DNA of 64,000 bases from Chloroflexota bacterium (GCA_025699005.1 JAILWI010000001.1:894486-958485), one strand, 5' to 3'; positions 19,489 through 29,313 are shown, counted from the first letter of the stretch. The notes: a model not told the origin generated them from the sequence alone. Numbers and translations are program-made.

Positions 19489-19689
19489 ATGTCCGTCGCC
19501 AAGGTCACCGAACTGTCCTGCACGTCCACCGAGAGCTTCGAGGACGCCATCCGCCAGGGCGTCGAGCGAGCGAGCAAGACGCTCCGGGGCGTCACGAGCG
19601 CCTGGGTCAAGGAGCAGCGCGTGAACGTCCGAGATGGCGCGATCGAGTTCCAGGCCAACATCCTCGTGACGTTCGTCCTCGACGACTGA
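19489..19689 (+). CDS. Dodecin family protein
   Basis: SVAKVTEL, SFEDAIRQGVERASKTLRGV, AWVKEQ, VTFVLD; AAGGAG RBS. Confidence 0.92.
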   Translation: MSVAKVTELSCTSTESFEDAIRQGVERASKTLRGVTSAWVKEQRVNVRDGAIEFQANILVTFVLDD

Positions 19690-19729
19690 CCAAACTCAAG
19701 GAGGGCTCGCCGACCTCGGCGGGTGGTGC

Positions 19730-20710
19730 TCAGCCCTCGGCGAGGCCGATGAGCCCCTCGTTGCGGACGAAGCGTGAGCGGTACGTCGGGTTGCTGACGC
19801 GCTGGCTCACGGTCTTTCCGTCGAGAGGCTTGCCGCTGCGCGGCACCTCGTAGCGGCCGCGCTCGACGATCGCCTCGGCGAGGTCGGCGGCGCGCATCGG
19901 CCCGCGCTCGCGCAGGACCTCGATCATCTCGTCGTGGAGGGCGACGCGCTCCTTTGTCGGCGCGGCTGAGGCTCGCTTCCGCGCGCGCTTCGGCGCCGCG
20001 GTCTCCGCAGGCTCCCCATCGACTGGCGCGTCCTCGCCGGCTGCGGGTTCCGCCGCCGCCGATCCACCGGCATCCGCATCGGCCGATGCGGCAGCGCCCT
20101 TCTTCGGCTTGCGCTGGGAACCACCGCTCTCGAGCGCGTCGATGCGGGCTTCCAGCGCCTCGATCCGCGCAGCCAGGCCCGGGCCGGCGGGGGAGTCAGG
20201 GCCCGGGGCGGCGTCCGCGCCGGGGCGGGAGGCGTCGATCCGCTCCTCGACCCACTGGCGAACGAGGTCCCCCGGCCGGACGCCGGCCTCGCCGGCGAGG
20301 TGCTTCAGCGCATTGACGCGTCGAGGATCAAGCCGAATCGACATGCCGCCCTCATCGGGCGGGCGATCGAATCGCGGACGCTGCTGGTACGGCCGGTCGC
20401 CGCCGGGCCGCGGCGTGAACGGGCGATCGCCCTGTGGTCGACCCTGGTACGGCCGGTCGCCGCCGGGCCGCGGCGTGAACGGGCGATCGCCCTGTTGTCG
20501 ACCCTGGTACGGCCGGTCGCCGCCGGGTCGCGGCTGATACGGCCGGTCGGCGCCAGGTCGCGGCTGGTATGGCCGGTCCCCGCCGGGGCGGCCGCGCGGC
20601 TGCCAATCGCCCCCGCGCTGCGGTGGTCGATCGGGTCGGTCTGGTCGGTCCCGATCGGATCGATCCGGTCGATCGGGACGGCGGTCAGGGCCGCGTCGGT
20701 TGAAGCTCAT
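19730..20710 (-). CDS. Putative nucleic-acid-binding protein: RPGGDRPYQ repeat IDR + RHH-like domain + C-terminal winged helix
   Basis: TATCGT -10 8 nt before ATG; MSIRLDPRRVNALKHLAGEAGVRPGDLVRQWVEERI; LHDEMIEVLRERGPMRAADLAEAIVERG. Confidence 0.75.
   Translation of the reverse strand: MSFNRRGPDRRPDRPDRSDRDRPDRPDRPPQRGGDWQPRGRPGGDRPYQPRPGADRPYQPRPGGDRPYQGRQQGDRPFTPRPGGDRPYQGRPQGDRPFTPRPGGDRPYQQRPRFDRPPDEGGMSIRLDPRRVNALKHLAGEAGVRPGDLVRQWVEERIDASRPGADAAPGPDSPAGPGLAARIEALEARIDALESGGSQRKPKKGAAASADADAGGSAAAEPAAGEDAPVDGEPAETAAPKRARKRASAAPTKERVALHDEMIEVLRERGPMRAADLAEAIVERGRYEVPRSGKPLDGKTVSQRVSNPTYRSRFVRNEGLIGLAEG
20384..20590. repeat. Coding tandem repeat, 30-bp unit with 60-bp higher-order period
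   Basis: Lines 20401-20460 and 20461-20520 differ at one base; unit ctggtacggccggtcgccgccggg recurs. Confidence 0.9.
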
Positions 20711-20757
20711 CGCGGCGAACGATAGACCCTGACCCCGAACGGCGCCAGCGCCCGACC

Positions 20758-22485
20758 TCAGAACGAGCCGGATCCGCCCCCTCCGCCCGAGCTCCCGCCG
20801 CCGGAGAACCCACCACCGCCGCCGCTCGACGACGAGGAGGAGGGAGGCGTGGAGCCGACGCTGCCGAGCGCGTCGAACATGCCGCCGATGTCCGGGATGG
20901 CGGAGCCGGAGAAGATGCTGCCCGAGCCGTGGCTCACGCCTCCCGCAACGTCCGCCACGGATGCCCCGGACCACGCCGACCCGGGCGTCGACCCCATCCA
21001 GTGCGGGTAGTAGGCGCCGGCCGGCGATCCCGTCGCCGCCCGCTGCTCCTCGAGGCCGCGCGCCAGCAAGGCCGCGACCTCATCGTGGAGGCCGAGTGCC
21101 AGGCCCCACACCACGGCCTTGTCCGGCGTATCGGCCAGCGTGGCGACCTCGGGCTCGTCGGTGACCTCGCGCATCGAGCGCGCCTGCTCCATCGTCTTCT
21201 GAAGCGTCCGCCGATACGCCTTGAGCATCGCGTCGACGTAGGCGCCCTGGGTCGTCCGCTTGCTCATCGCGCGGCCGAAGCCGATGGTGCCCAGCCCGCC
21301 CAGCACGACCGCACCGCCGAGCATCACGGCGCCGCTCATCGGCAGCAGGATCCCCAGACCCAGGACGGCGCCGCCGATCACGGTTGTCCACACGCCGGCG
21401 GCCGTGCCGCGACCGATGGCCGCGGATGGCAGCTCGGTGAACCAGCCGAGGCGGAGGGCCTCCTTCTCCAGCAGCTTCTGCACCGAGCTCATCCGGTCAT
21501 TGACCTTCCACAGCTTCGTGCGGGTCAGCCGTCCGGAGCCGCCGGCCAGGGATCGCAGCGCCTCCCAGGCCTTGCGCTCGGGGAGTGGGAGGAGGCCGTC
21601 ATCCGGCTGTTCGTGCCCGACCTCGATGGCCGGGTCGGTCAGCGGATCCGGATCGGCGTCGCTGCGGGCGTCCGCAACCTGGTCGAGGTTCTGGAAGGCG
21701 AGCCGGCCGGTCATCGCCAGCTCGGCGAGGATCGTGTTCGTCGCATGGCGCGTCGCGCGCCCCTCGCGAACGACGACCGCCAGCGGCGGCGTCATCTCGG
21801 CCGGCGGGCCCGCCATGAGGATGGAGGGCGAGTCCGTGAGCTCAGGGTCGTCGCCCTCGCGGCGCCAGCGGCGCCAGGCGAGCCCCAGGATGGCGACGAG
21901 CGCCAGCGGTGCGCCGATGAGCCCGAGCGCCGCATTCACGACCCGACCCACCGTCAGCGGGATGGTGTCGGGCGCCATCCGCTCCTGGACCGCGTCGATC
22001 GTGTCGAGCGCCGCGGCGTTGAGGTCGCCCTCGGCTGCGCGGGGCACGAAGTCGCTGTCGACGATCGAGGTCAGCGTGTCCTCATCGATGTGCTGGTTGA
22101 TGAAGCCCGATCCGCCGAACAGGCTGACCTTCCCGTTCACGAGGTTGGGCTGGAGCCCGACGAGCAGGACGAGTCCGTCGTCGAAGCCGGAACGACCGAT
22201 GCCCCACTGGTCGATGAGGGCCGCCGCCTTGCCGAGGTTCTCGTCCTCGGTCACGTCGGGGTCGACCTGGATGTACACGACGATCTCGGCACCCGTCTCG
22301 GCCTCGACGGCGTCGATCCGCTGCTCGAGCTCGGCCACCGTCTCGGGACGGAGGACGCCGGGCTCGTCGTACACCGCGCGCTCGTCGACCGGGTCGGGGA
22401 ACGGTGGGCCGGCCGCCGCGACCGCGGTGGTCGCCATCAGGCTCACGGGGAGCGCGGCCACCAGGGCCCGGCGCCAGCGGTGCAT
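20758..22485 (-). CDS. TPM domain + DUF2207-like membrane protein
   Basis: Signal peptide, [24 protein letters not shown]; TM helices; Gly/Ser tail [19 protein letters not shown]. Confidence 0.85.
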   Translation of the reverse strand: MHRWRRALVAALPVSLMATTAVAAAGPPFPDPVDERAVYDEPGVLRPETVAELEQRIDAVEAETGAEIVVYIQVDPDVTEDENLGKAAALIDQWGIGRSGFDDGLVLLVGLQPNLVNGKVSLFGGSGFINQHIDEDTLTSIVDSDFVPRAAEGDLNAAALDTIDAVQERMAPDTIPLTVGRVVNAALGLIGAPLALVAILGLAWRRWRREGDDPELTDSPSILMAGPPAEMTPPLAVVVREGRATRHATNTILAELAMTGRLAFQNLDQVADARSDADPDPLTDPAIEVGHEQPDDGLLPLPERKAWEALRSLAGGSGRLTRTKLWKVNDRMSSVQKLLEKEALRLGWFTELPSAAIGRGTAAGVWTTVIGGAVLGLGILLPMSGAVMLGGAVVLGGLGTIGFGRAMSKRTTQGAYVDAMLKAYRRTLQKTMEQARSMREVTDEPEVATLADTPDKAVVWGLALGLHDEVAALLARGLEEQRAATGSPAGAYYPHWMGSTPGSAWSGASVADVAGGVSHGSGSIFSGSAIPDIGGMFDALGSVGSTPPSSSSSSGGGGGFSGGGSSGGGGGSGSF

Positions 22486-22503
22486 GACGCGCAGGATACT
22501 GTG

Positions 22504-22518
22504 TGGCACCCTTCTTGC
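22504..22518 (+). promoter_or_regulatory. Sigma-54 -24/-12 promoter (consensus)
   Basis: TGGCACCCTTCTTGC = TGGCAC-N5-TTGC. Confidence 0.75.
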
Positions 22519-22648
22519 GACCTCGTGGTCGCATCGGGCGGTTTCCTCGACCGCGCCGGCTCGAGCCGTGCGCCCCCGTCCCCATCGGCGCCGCACCCCT
22601 GCGGTGACCCGCGCGCCGGTGTCGAACCTTTCCTGGAGCACCATCAAC

Positions 22649-23200
22649 GTGAATATTCGACTCGGGGCGTTCGCCGCCCTGCTCATTGCTGCGGCCGTCA
22701 CGGTCGTGGCCACCGCCGGCGTGGCGGCCATGACGATCGCCGACGAGCCGCTGCGGCTCGGACGCGTCATCGATGGCTGGAGCGCCCGTGCCGAGGCCGG
22801 CACACTGCACATCCCCAACCCCGAGCGCGGCGCCGTGCTCGGCGGTATCCCGACCTCAACCCCCGAGCCTGCGCCGGCCGAACCGACCATGGCCCCGGAG
22901 CCGCCGGCCACCACCGTGACCGGCATCGGCAGCAACTATCCCGGGACCGCCGGGTGGATGGGTCAGCCCACCGTTGCCCTTCCGGGCGACCTCGGTGGCC
23001 GGTACGACGGCACGGTGAGCGGATACGTCACCGTCTGCGCCGACCGCTGTGCGCGGCTGCCGGTCGTCGACTGGTGCCAGTGCTACTGGGGCACCGCCGA
23101 CCAGCGAATCGTCGATCTCTCACACGCGGCGTGGCCGCTCGTGAGCGACGCGCCGCTGGCCGAGGGCCTCATCGACGTCCGCGTGATCCTGGAGCGCTGA
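22649..23200 (+). CDS. Membrane-anchored/secreted RlpA-like double-psi beta-barrel protein
   Basis: GGAG RBS + GTG; N-terminal hydrophobic helix, PT linker, [28 protein letters not shown]. Confidence 0.65.
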   Translation: MNIRLGAFAALLIAAAVTVVATAGVAAMTIADEPLRLGRVIDGWSARAEAGTLHIPNPERGAVLGGIPTSTPEPAPAEPTMAPEPPATTVTGIGSNYPGTAGWMGQPTVALPGDLGGRYDGTVSGYVTVCADRCARLPVVDWCQCYWGTADQRIVDLSHAAWPLVSDAPLAEGLIDVRVILER

Positions 23201-23212
23201 CGGCGCGCTCCC

Positions 23213-23680
23213 TCAGGAGCAGCGGATCGTGACAGTGGCCGGCTCGACCTCGAGCCCCGGCACGGTGGCCGACAGCTCCGCGCTCTCGCCGCCCGGGATC
23301 TGGCTCGTGACGGTCCCGTGCGTTCGCAGCCGGCGCCCGCCGTCGTCCAGGGCGACGAGCTGGCACTTCGCGCGGCCCGGCTGCGTCCCCTCGTTCGTCA
23401 CGGCATAGGTGATCGTGTAGCCGACCGGATCCGCCGGCGCGACTCCCACCACCGAGCCCTCGTACGGGCCCACGCCTCGCAGCGAGAGGCTGGCCGCGAA
23501 CGCGAGGGCGGCGACCGCAAGGACGATCGCGACCGCCACCGTGCCGTGGTACTGCGATGCCGACGGGGCCGTCATGCCGGCGCGGTTGCAGACCGCGCAG
23601 ATCGACTCCTCGGGTCCCACCTCGCGTCCGCACTTGATGCAGTGCCGGACGTCTGCCGCGGACGCGGCGCTCCCCGTCAT
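23213..23680 (-). CDS. Zinc-ribbon + TM + small Ig-like domain hypothetical protein
   Basis: CIKC..CAVC, TM helix, VTNEG; 4-bp overlap with the upstream gene. Confidence 0.7.
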   Translation of the reverse strand: MTGSAASAADVRHCIKCGREVGPEESICAVCNRAGMTAPSASQYHGTVAVAIVLAVAALAFAASLSLRGVGPYEGSVVGVAPADPVGYTITYAVTNEGTQPGRAKCQLVALDDGGRRLRTHGTVTSQIPGGESAELSATVPGLEVEPATVTIRCS

Positions 23681-24318
23681 GTGCGCTTCGACTCCGGGAG
23701 CCGCTCGCCAGCCTCGATCGGCACCTCGAGCCAGTTCTCGCGCGGCGCCAGCGGGCACGACCAGATCGGATCGTGCACGCACGAGGGGTGGTAGGCGTAG
23801 TTGAAGTCGAGCACGAGCTCGTCGCCGTCCGAGCCCAGGTCCGCGCCCTTGGCCGAGTCCCACAGATAGCGTCCGCCGCCGTACGTCGCGCTGCCGCTCG
23901 TCCCGTCGCGGAACGGGATGAAGATGCCACCCGAGTACTCGTTGAGCCAGAAGACGCCGAGCCGGCAGGCGGTGCCGGCCACCTCGAAGCTCACCCAGCC
24001 GATGCGCACGATCGGGATCTGCGGCCCCTCGCCTGAACGGGGGACGTCGAGTGGCGGAGCGTCGGGATCGGGCTCGAACGCCGCCCGAAGGTCGAGCGCC
24101 GGATCGTGGCGGTAGTAGGCCAGCCCCAGGAAGTCGCGGCGCTCCTGCTCCGGTATCGCCGATGACGGATGGCTGCCGAACAGGCGGTCGCGGGCGCTCC
24201 GGAAGGCGACCGCCCGCATCGCTCCCGGTCGGGTGTCGGCGCGCAGCGCGGCGTACAGCTCGGCCACGCGGCGACGGTAGTCGGCGAGGGCGAGGTGGGA
24301 CGAGGTCGAGTCGGTCAT
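23677..24318 (-). CDS. DUF1684 family protein
   Basis: LFGSHPSSAI, FIPFRDGTSGSATYGGGRYL, LDFNYAYHPSC, CPLAPREN. Confidence 0.9.
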   Translation of the reverse strand: MTDSTSSHLALADYRRRVAELYAALRADTRPGAMRAVAFRSARDRLFGSHPSSAIPEQERRDFLGLAYYRHDPALDLRAAFEPDPDAPPLDVPRSGEGPQIPIVRIGWVSFEVAGTACRLGVFWLNEYSGGIFIPFRDGTSGSATYGGGRYLWDSAKGADLGSDGDELVLDFNYAYHPSCVHDPIWSCPLAPRENWLEVPIEAGERLPESKRT

Positions 24319-24341
24319 CGGCGCATCCATGATGCACGAGA

Positions 24342-24371
24342 CGGGGCGGACCGGCGAACCGGCCCGCCCCG
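24342..24371 (-). terminator. Stem-loop downstream of the osmoprotectant SBP gene
   Basis: cggggcggaccgg-cgaa-ccggcccgccccg. Confidence 0.5.
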
Positions 24372-24394
24372 CGGATTCTGCCGGGAGCGACGAC

Positions 24395-25339
24395 CTAGTT
24401 CAGGCCGTTGTCACTCAGCCACGACGCCGCGACGTCCTCGATCGACTCCTGGTCGACCGCGACGCGAACGCCGAGGCTCGTGAGCGTCTCGGTGTCCATC
24501 GCCGCGCTCACCGCGTTGAGGATCTCGGCGAAGTCGGCGGGCGCCGCGTCGAGCCACTCGTTGCGGACGATCGGCGCGATGTTCTCGGACGGCTGCGTCT
24601 GCAGGTCGTCCTCGAGGACCACGAAGTTGAAGCGCTCGATGTCCGGCTGGGTGCTGCACAGCTCGGCGACGTCGACGACGCCGTCGTTCAGCGCCTGGGC
24701 CACCGGGGCGTCGCACGCGGCGTACTGCTCGATGTTCAGGTCGCCGTACGTGAAGCCGTACTGCTCGAGCGCTCCCGAGCACAGCACGTTCGTCTCGCAC
24801 TCGGGGGGCAGGCCCCAGACGAGGTCCGACGCGCCTTCGGCATCGGCCAGCTCGCTCATCGTGCTGACGCCCAGCTCACTGGCCGTCTCCTGCCGGACCA
24901 CGAACGCGTTCTGGTCCTGCGCCGGCGCGTAGTCGAGGGCGGTCAGGCCCACCTCGTCGAGCGCCGCCTGGAGATTCGTGAACGTCTCTTCGGGATCGCC
25001 GGCCGCCTCGCCACCGAGGTAGGTCAGCAGGCTGCCGATGTACTCCGGCTCGAGGTCGAAGTCGCCGCTCTCGAGGGCGGGCTGCACGGTGTCGCGCGGT
25101 CCGATCCCGAGCTTGCGCTCGACGGTGTAGCCGTTGGCCTCCAGGGCCTGGGCATAGATCTCGGCCATGAGCTGTGCTTCGTAGAAGCCGGCCGATCCGA
25201 TCACGATCGATCGCTCGCCCTCGCCTCCCGTGGCGCCTGCGCTCGCCGACGGCGAGCTGCCGCCCTCACCCGGCGCGCACGCGCTGAGAACCAGCGCCAG
25301 CGTCGCCGCCCCGAGGGCAAGCTTGCGGTGCATCCGCAT
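24395..25339 (-). CDS. Glycine betaine/osmoprotectant ABC substrate-binding lipoprotein
   Basis: Lipobox LSAC, IGSAGFYE, PEYIGS, QDQNAFVV, VLEDD; GGAGGAG RBS. Confidence 0.9.
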   Translation of the reverse strand: MRMHRKLALGAATLALVLSACAPGEGGSSPSASAGATGGEGERSIVIGSAGFYEAQLMAEIYAQALEANGYTVERKLGIGPRDTVQPALESGDFDLEPEYIGSLLTYLGGEAAGDPEETFTNLQAALDEVGLTALDYAPAQDQNAFVVRQETASELGVSTMSELADAEGASDLVWGLPPECETNVLCSGALEQYGFTYGDLNIEQYAACDAPVAQALNDGVVDVAELCSTQPDIERFNFVVLEDDLQTQPSENIAPIVRNEWLDAAPADFAEILNAVSAAMDTETLTSLGVRVAVDQESIEDVAASWLSDNGLN

Positions 25340-25425
25340 CTGGGTATCTCCTCCAGTTTCGACAAGTGGGACGTCGGAGATGCAGCAGATGCGCCCCCGA
25401 CCCGCGAAGTGTAGAGCAGGTCCGG

Positions 25426-25441
25426 TGTGAGCCAGATCACG
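25426..25441. promoter_or_regulatory. CRP/FNR-family-like operator in the internal promoter of the SBP gene
   Basis: TGTGA-GCCAGA-TCACG; minus-strand TACACT -10 at 25408-25413. Confidence 0.45.
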
Positions 25442-25488
25442 CCCTCGTCAGATGTACGACGCCTCGCCCGAATTGGATCAGACCCCGA

Positions 25489-26235
25489 TCAGATCCCGCC
25501 GGGACGTCCGGCCTGGGCAAGCTCGCGCGGGGCCGTGTCGCGTCCACGCAGCCCCGGGGAGGTCGCACGGCGCTCGATGAAGCTGAAGCCGAGCTCGGTG
25601 GCGATCGAGAGGGCCGCCACGATGAGCGCCCCGGCGAACACCTCGTCGAACCGGCGCTGGGCGATGCCGTCGATGATGTAGCGGCCCAGGCCACCGGTGG
25701 CGACGACCGCGCCGAGCGTCGCCGTGGCCACGACCTGCACGGCGGCGGTGCGGACGCCGACGAGGATCACGGGCAGACCCACGGGAATCTCCACCCGGCG
25801 CAGGATCTCGAGGTCGCGCATCCCCATCCCGCGACCCGCCTCCACGATCTGGTCGTCGACCTCGTTGATGCCGACGTAGGCGTTCGTGAGGATCGGGGGG
25901 ATGGCCAGGAAGAAGAGGGCGATCATCGTGACGATCTCGGACGCCGAGTCGCGCAGGCCGATGTCGACGATGGTCCGCTGGAGCAGCATCGCGGCCAGGG
26001 CCAGGATGGCCAGCGACGGGATGGCGCGGCCGACGTTCGCGATGTTGATGACGAGATTCGAGAAGCGCCCGGTGTGCCCGATCCAGGCGCCGACGGGAAG
26101 CGCCACCGCAACCGCCGCGGCGAGCGGGACGATCGAAAGGACGAGGTGCTCGCCGATCCGCGCGGGGATGCCATCGGGTCCGTTCCAGTTCGCCGGATCA
26201 GCGAACCAGGCCGCGACCTCGCCGAAGAACTCCAT
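25489..26235 (-). CDS. Osmoprotectant ABC permease
   Basis: RAIPSLA, PPILTNAYVG, EAGRGMGM, GGLGRYI. Confidence 0.9.
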   Translation of the reverse strand: MEFFGEVAAWFADPANWNGPDGIPARIGEHLVLSIVPLAAAVAVALPVGAWIGHTGRFSNLVINIANVGRAIPSLAILALAAMLLQRTIVDIGLRDSASEIVTMIALFFLAIPPILTNAYVGINEVDDQIVEAGRGMGMRDLEILRRVEIPVGLPVILVGVRTAAVQVVATATLGAVVATGGLGRYIIDGIAQRRFDEVFAGALIVAALSIATELGFSFIERRATSPGLRGRDTAPRELAQAGRPGGI

Positions 26236-26238
26236 CGG

Positions 26239-26886
26239 TCAGGTCCCGCGCGCTCGCTGCGCCCACGGCGTGAGCGCCGCCTGGAGCAGGACGAAGCCCC
26301 GGTCTGCGAGCACGGCAAGCAGGATGGCGCCGGCCGAACCGACGAGGGTCGCCGTCAGGAAGAACCGCCGATACCCGACGTCCACGATGAGGTAGCCCAG
26401 TCCGCCGAGTCCGATGAGGGCCGTGACCGTCACGAGCCCGATGATCGTCACGGTCGCGATGCGCAGTCCGGCGACGATGACCGGCAGGGCCACCGGCAGC
26501 TCGACGCGCCACAGCCGCTGCCAGGCGGTGAAGCCCATCCCCTTCGCGGCCTCGACGACCTCGGCGGGAACGCTGTCGAGCCCGGCGAGGATGTTCCGCA
26601 GCAGGATGAGGATCGTGTAGCTGACGAGGGCGATCTCGGCGGTGAGCGGATTCTGGATCCCGGTGAACGGCACGAGGATTGCGAAGAGCGCGAGGCTCGG
26701 GATCGAGTAGAGGACGCCGCTCACGCCGATCACGGGCCCCTGGAGCCACGGGACGCGACGGACCAGGAGGGCCAGTGCGAAGCTGAGGACGAACCCGATG
26801 ACGATGGCGACCACGGTGAGCATCACGTGCTCGAGCGTCCGCCGGCCGATCTCGTCCGCCTCCCGGACGATCCAGGCGAAGTCCAT
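26239..26886 (-). CDS. Osmoprotectant ABC permease
   Basis: YSIPSLALF, EAAKGMG, RVELPVALP, GGLG. Confidence 0.9.
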   Translation of the reverse strand: MDFAWIVREADEIGRRTLEHVMLTVVAIVIGFVLSFALALLVRRVPWLQGPVIGVSGVLYSIPSLALFAILVPFTGIQNPLTAEIALVSYTILILLRNILAGLDSVPAEVVEAAKGMGFTAWQRLWRVELPVALPVIVAGLRIATVTIIGLVTVTALIGLGGLGYLIVDVGYRRFFLTATLVGSAGAILLAVLADRGFVLLQAALTPWAQRARGT

Positions 26887-28061
26887 CAGCTGGCGGCCTC
26901 GCCGACGGGATGGAGTCCGCCGTCGGCGGCCCGGACCGGCGCACGAAGGCGTTCCCCGATGGCGTCGACGCTGACCAGGCCCAGCACCCGCTCGCGCTCG
27001 TCGACCACGACGCCGAGCTGGACGCTCGAACCGAGCATGCCCGACAGGGCATCGCGCAGCGTCGTCTCCCGCTCGACGGTCGGAGCACCGGGCGATGCTG
27101 CCTCCGGGTTGATCGGGCCGCTGCCGCGCAGGTCCTGCTGGTCGATCCAGCCGAGCGGCCGGTCCTGGTCGTCCACGAGCAGCGCGTAGTCGAGCTCGTC
27201 CACCCGGTCGAGCCGGGCGCGGATTGCCGTGCGATCCTCACCGGCCCGCACGGTGATGGCCTCGATCATCTCGAGGTCGCCGACGCGGCCCAGCGACAGG
27301 CGCTTGAGGCCCCGATCGGCCCCGACGAAGCGCTCCACGAACTCGGAGGCCGGGTTCGCAAGGATGGCAGCCGGGGTGTCGAACTGGGCCAGGATGCCGC
27401 CCTTCTGGAGGATCGCGATGCGGTCGGCCATCTTGATCGCCTCGTCGACGTCGTGGGTCACGAAGACGATCGTCTTGCGCACCTTCTCCTGGAGGCGGAG
27501 GAACTCGTTCTGAAGCCGATCGCGACGGATCGGGTCCACCGCGCCGAACGGCTCGTCCATGAGCATCACGGGCGGATCGGCGGCCAGGGCTCGTGCCACG
27601 CCGACGCGCTGCCGCTCCCCGCCGGAGAGCTCGGTCGGGTAGCGCTTCGCATACGCGGCGGGGTCGAGGCCCACGATCTCGAGCAGCTCCTCGACCCGCT
27701 CGCGGATGCGCTGATCCTTCCAGCGCAGGAGCTTGGGGACGACGGCGACGTTGTCGCCGATGGTGAGGTGGGGGAAGAGGCCGATCTGCTGGATGACGTA
27801 CCCGATCCGCCGCCGCAGCTCGACCGCCGGGAGGCTCATCACGTCCTCGCCATCGATCGTGATCCGGCCGCTCGTCGGCTCGATCAGCCGGTTCACCATC
27901 TTCATGCTCGTGGTCTTGCCGCATCCCGACGGACCGACGAGGACGCAGATCTCGCCGGCCGGCACGGTGAGCGAGAGGTTGTCGACGGCGGGGCTGTCGC
28001 TGCCGGGATAGCGCTTCGTGACGTTCTCGAACGAGACGACGGCGCCGGTGGCGTCCTGCAT
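26886..28061 (-). CDS. Osmoprotectant ABC ATP-binding protein with CBS pair (OpuCA/OsmV-like)
   Basis: GPSGCGKTT, GYVIQQIGLFPH, LSGGERQR, MDEPFGAVD; TATCAT -10 7 nt before ATG 28061. Confidence 0.92.
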   Translation of the reverse strand: MQDATGAVVSFENVTKRYPGSDSPAVDNLSLTVPAGEICVLVGPSGCGKTTSMKMVNRLIEPTSGRITIDGEDVMSLPAVELRRRIGYVIQQIGLFPHLTIGDNVAVVPKLLRWKDQRIRERVEELLEIVGLDPAAYAKRYPTELSGGERQRVGVARALAADPPVMLMDEPFGAVDPIRRDRLQNEFLRLQEKVRKTIVFVTHDVDEAIKMADRIAILQKGGILAQFDTPAAILANPASEFVERFVGADRGLKRLSLGRVGDLEMIEAITVRAGEDRTAIRARLDRVDELDYALLVDDQDRPLGWIDQQDLRGSGPINPEAASPGAPTVERETTLRDALSGMLGSSVQLGVVVDERERVLGLVSVDAIGERLRAPVRAADGGLHPVGEAAS

Positions 28062-28090
28062 GGCGCCCATGATAGGGCCGGCCGGCGGGC

Positions 28091-29269
28091 TCACCCCACG
28101 AAGTCTCCCTGGACGAACCACGTGACCATCACTCCGAGGAGCAGGAGCGAGATTGCGATCCAGGCGGCCCGCAGGCGCGGTCGACCCTCGGTCAGCAGCG
28201 CCGCCACCAGGAACACCGGGAACAGCACGAGCACGAAGCGCGTGGTCGACGTCAACGGAGTCGGCTGCAGCCGGGTGGCGACGAGGAGCAGTGGCGGCCA
28301 CGCGTAGAGCGAGTACGTGAGCGGCATGCGGCGCGCGCCGGCCGCCAGCAGCGCGGCGGCACCCAGCAGGGCGACGAGGTTGAGCGCCTGGAGTCCGTCG
28401 CCACGCTCGACGATCCAGGTGGCGCTGGCGGCGATGACGACCCATGGCGGCCGGAACTCGGTTCCGCCCCACAGGGCCTGGGCATCGAACGTCGTCTCAC
28501 CGGTGACGGCACGCCCGGCCGCCGCGAATGCCACGAACGCGACGGCCGGCGCCACGGCTGCGGCGGCCGGGATGAGCGCTTCCCGAAGCCGCCCGCTCCG
28601 CCGCTCCCGAACGGTCGACCACGCCTCCCACGCCAACGGGATGGCGAGGAGCATCCCCTGCGGTCGCGCGAGGCCCGCCAGGAACGCCGCCAGCAGGGCC
28701 AGCGGCCAGCGACGCTCGCGTGCCAGCAGCAGGCTCCAGACGGCCGTCGCCAGGAACATCGCCTCCGTGAAGGGGGCGAACAGGAACAGCGCTGCGGGGA
28801 AGGCGCCGAGCAGGATCGCCGTCCAGGTGCCGATCGAGATCCCGTGGCTGGCCTCGACCAGCCGGACGAGGCCGGCCGTCGCGACGACGAACGCCACGAA
28901 GGAGACGGCGAGGCCGGCGGTCGCGTGGGGAAGGCCGGGCACCAGTCCCAGGAATCCGACGGCGCTCGGGTAGAGGGGGAAAAACGCGACCGCGTGCTCG
29001 CCCGGCTCGTAGCCGTACGTCGCGATCTTGAGATACCAGCATGCGTCCCAGCGCTCCCAGACGCCGACGAGCGCGAACGCGGGTCCGTCGGCGAGGAGCT
29101 CGGGCAGCGTCCGCCAGCCGTTGCGCGCCACCTCGAAATGGCATGGTGAGGGCACGCCGGTCGTTGCGACCGCGGCGCCCAGCAGCGATAGTCCGAACCG
29201 CAGCGCGACGGCGAGGCCGATGGCGACGACCCAGGGCGTCATCGCCATCCGTCGTGCGATGTTCGTCAT
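28091..29269 (-). CDS. GT-C mannosyltransferase (PIG-V/Mannosyl_trans2-like)
   Basis: RWDACWYLKIATYGY, AFFPLYP, FPAALFLFAPFTEAMFL, RPQG; multi-TM; start may be a few codons later. Confidence 0.85.
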   Translation of the reverse strand: MTNIARRMAMTPWVVAIGLAVALRFGLSLLGAAVATTGVPSPCHFEVARNGWRTLPELLADGPAFALVGVWERWDACWYLKIATYGYEPGEHAVAFFPLYPSAVGFLGLVPGLPHATAGLAVSFVAFVVATAGLVRLVEASHGISIGTWTAILLGAFPAALFLFAPFTEAMFLATAVWSLLLARERRWPLALLAAFLAGLARPQGMLLAIPLAWEAWSTVRERRSGRLREALIPAAAAVAPAVAFVAFAAAGRAVTGETTFDAQALWGGTEFRPPWVVIAASATWIVERGDGLQALNLVALLGAAALLAAGARRMPLTYSLYAWPPLLLVATRLQPTPLTSTTRFVLVLFPVFLVAALLTEGRPRLRAAWIAISLLLLGVMVTWFVQGDFVG

Positions 29270-29313
29270 GCGACGTGCAGCAGGCTCATTCCATCGGCAG
29301 CGAAGGGAGGCTC

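Noticed and set aside
20384-20590. Tandem repeats as a CRISPR array
   Set aside because: No unique spacers, period is a multiple of 3, lies inside a coding frame, no cas genes.
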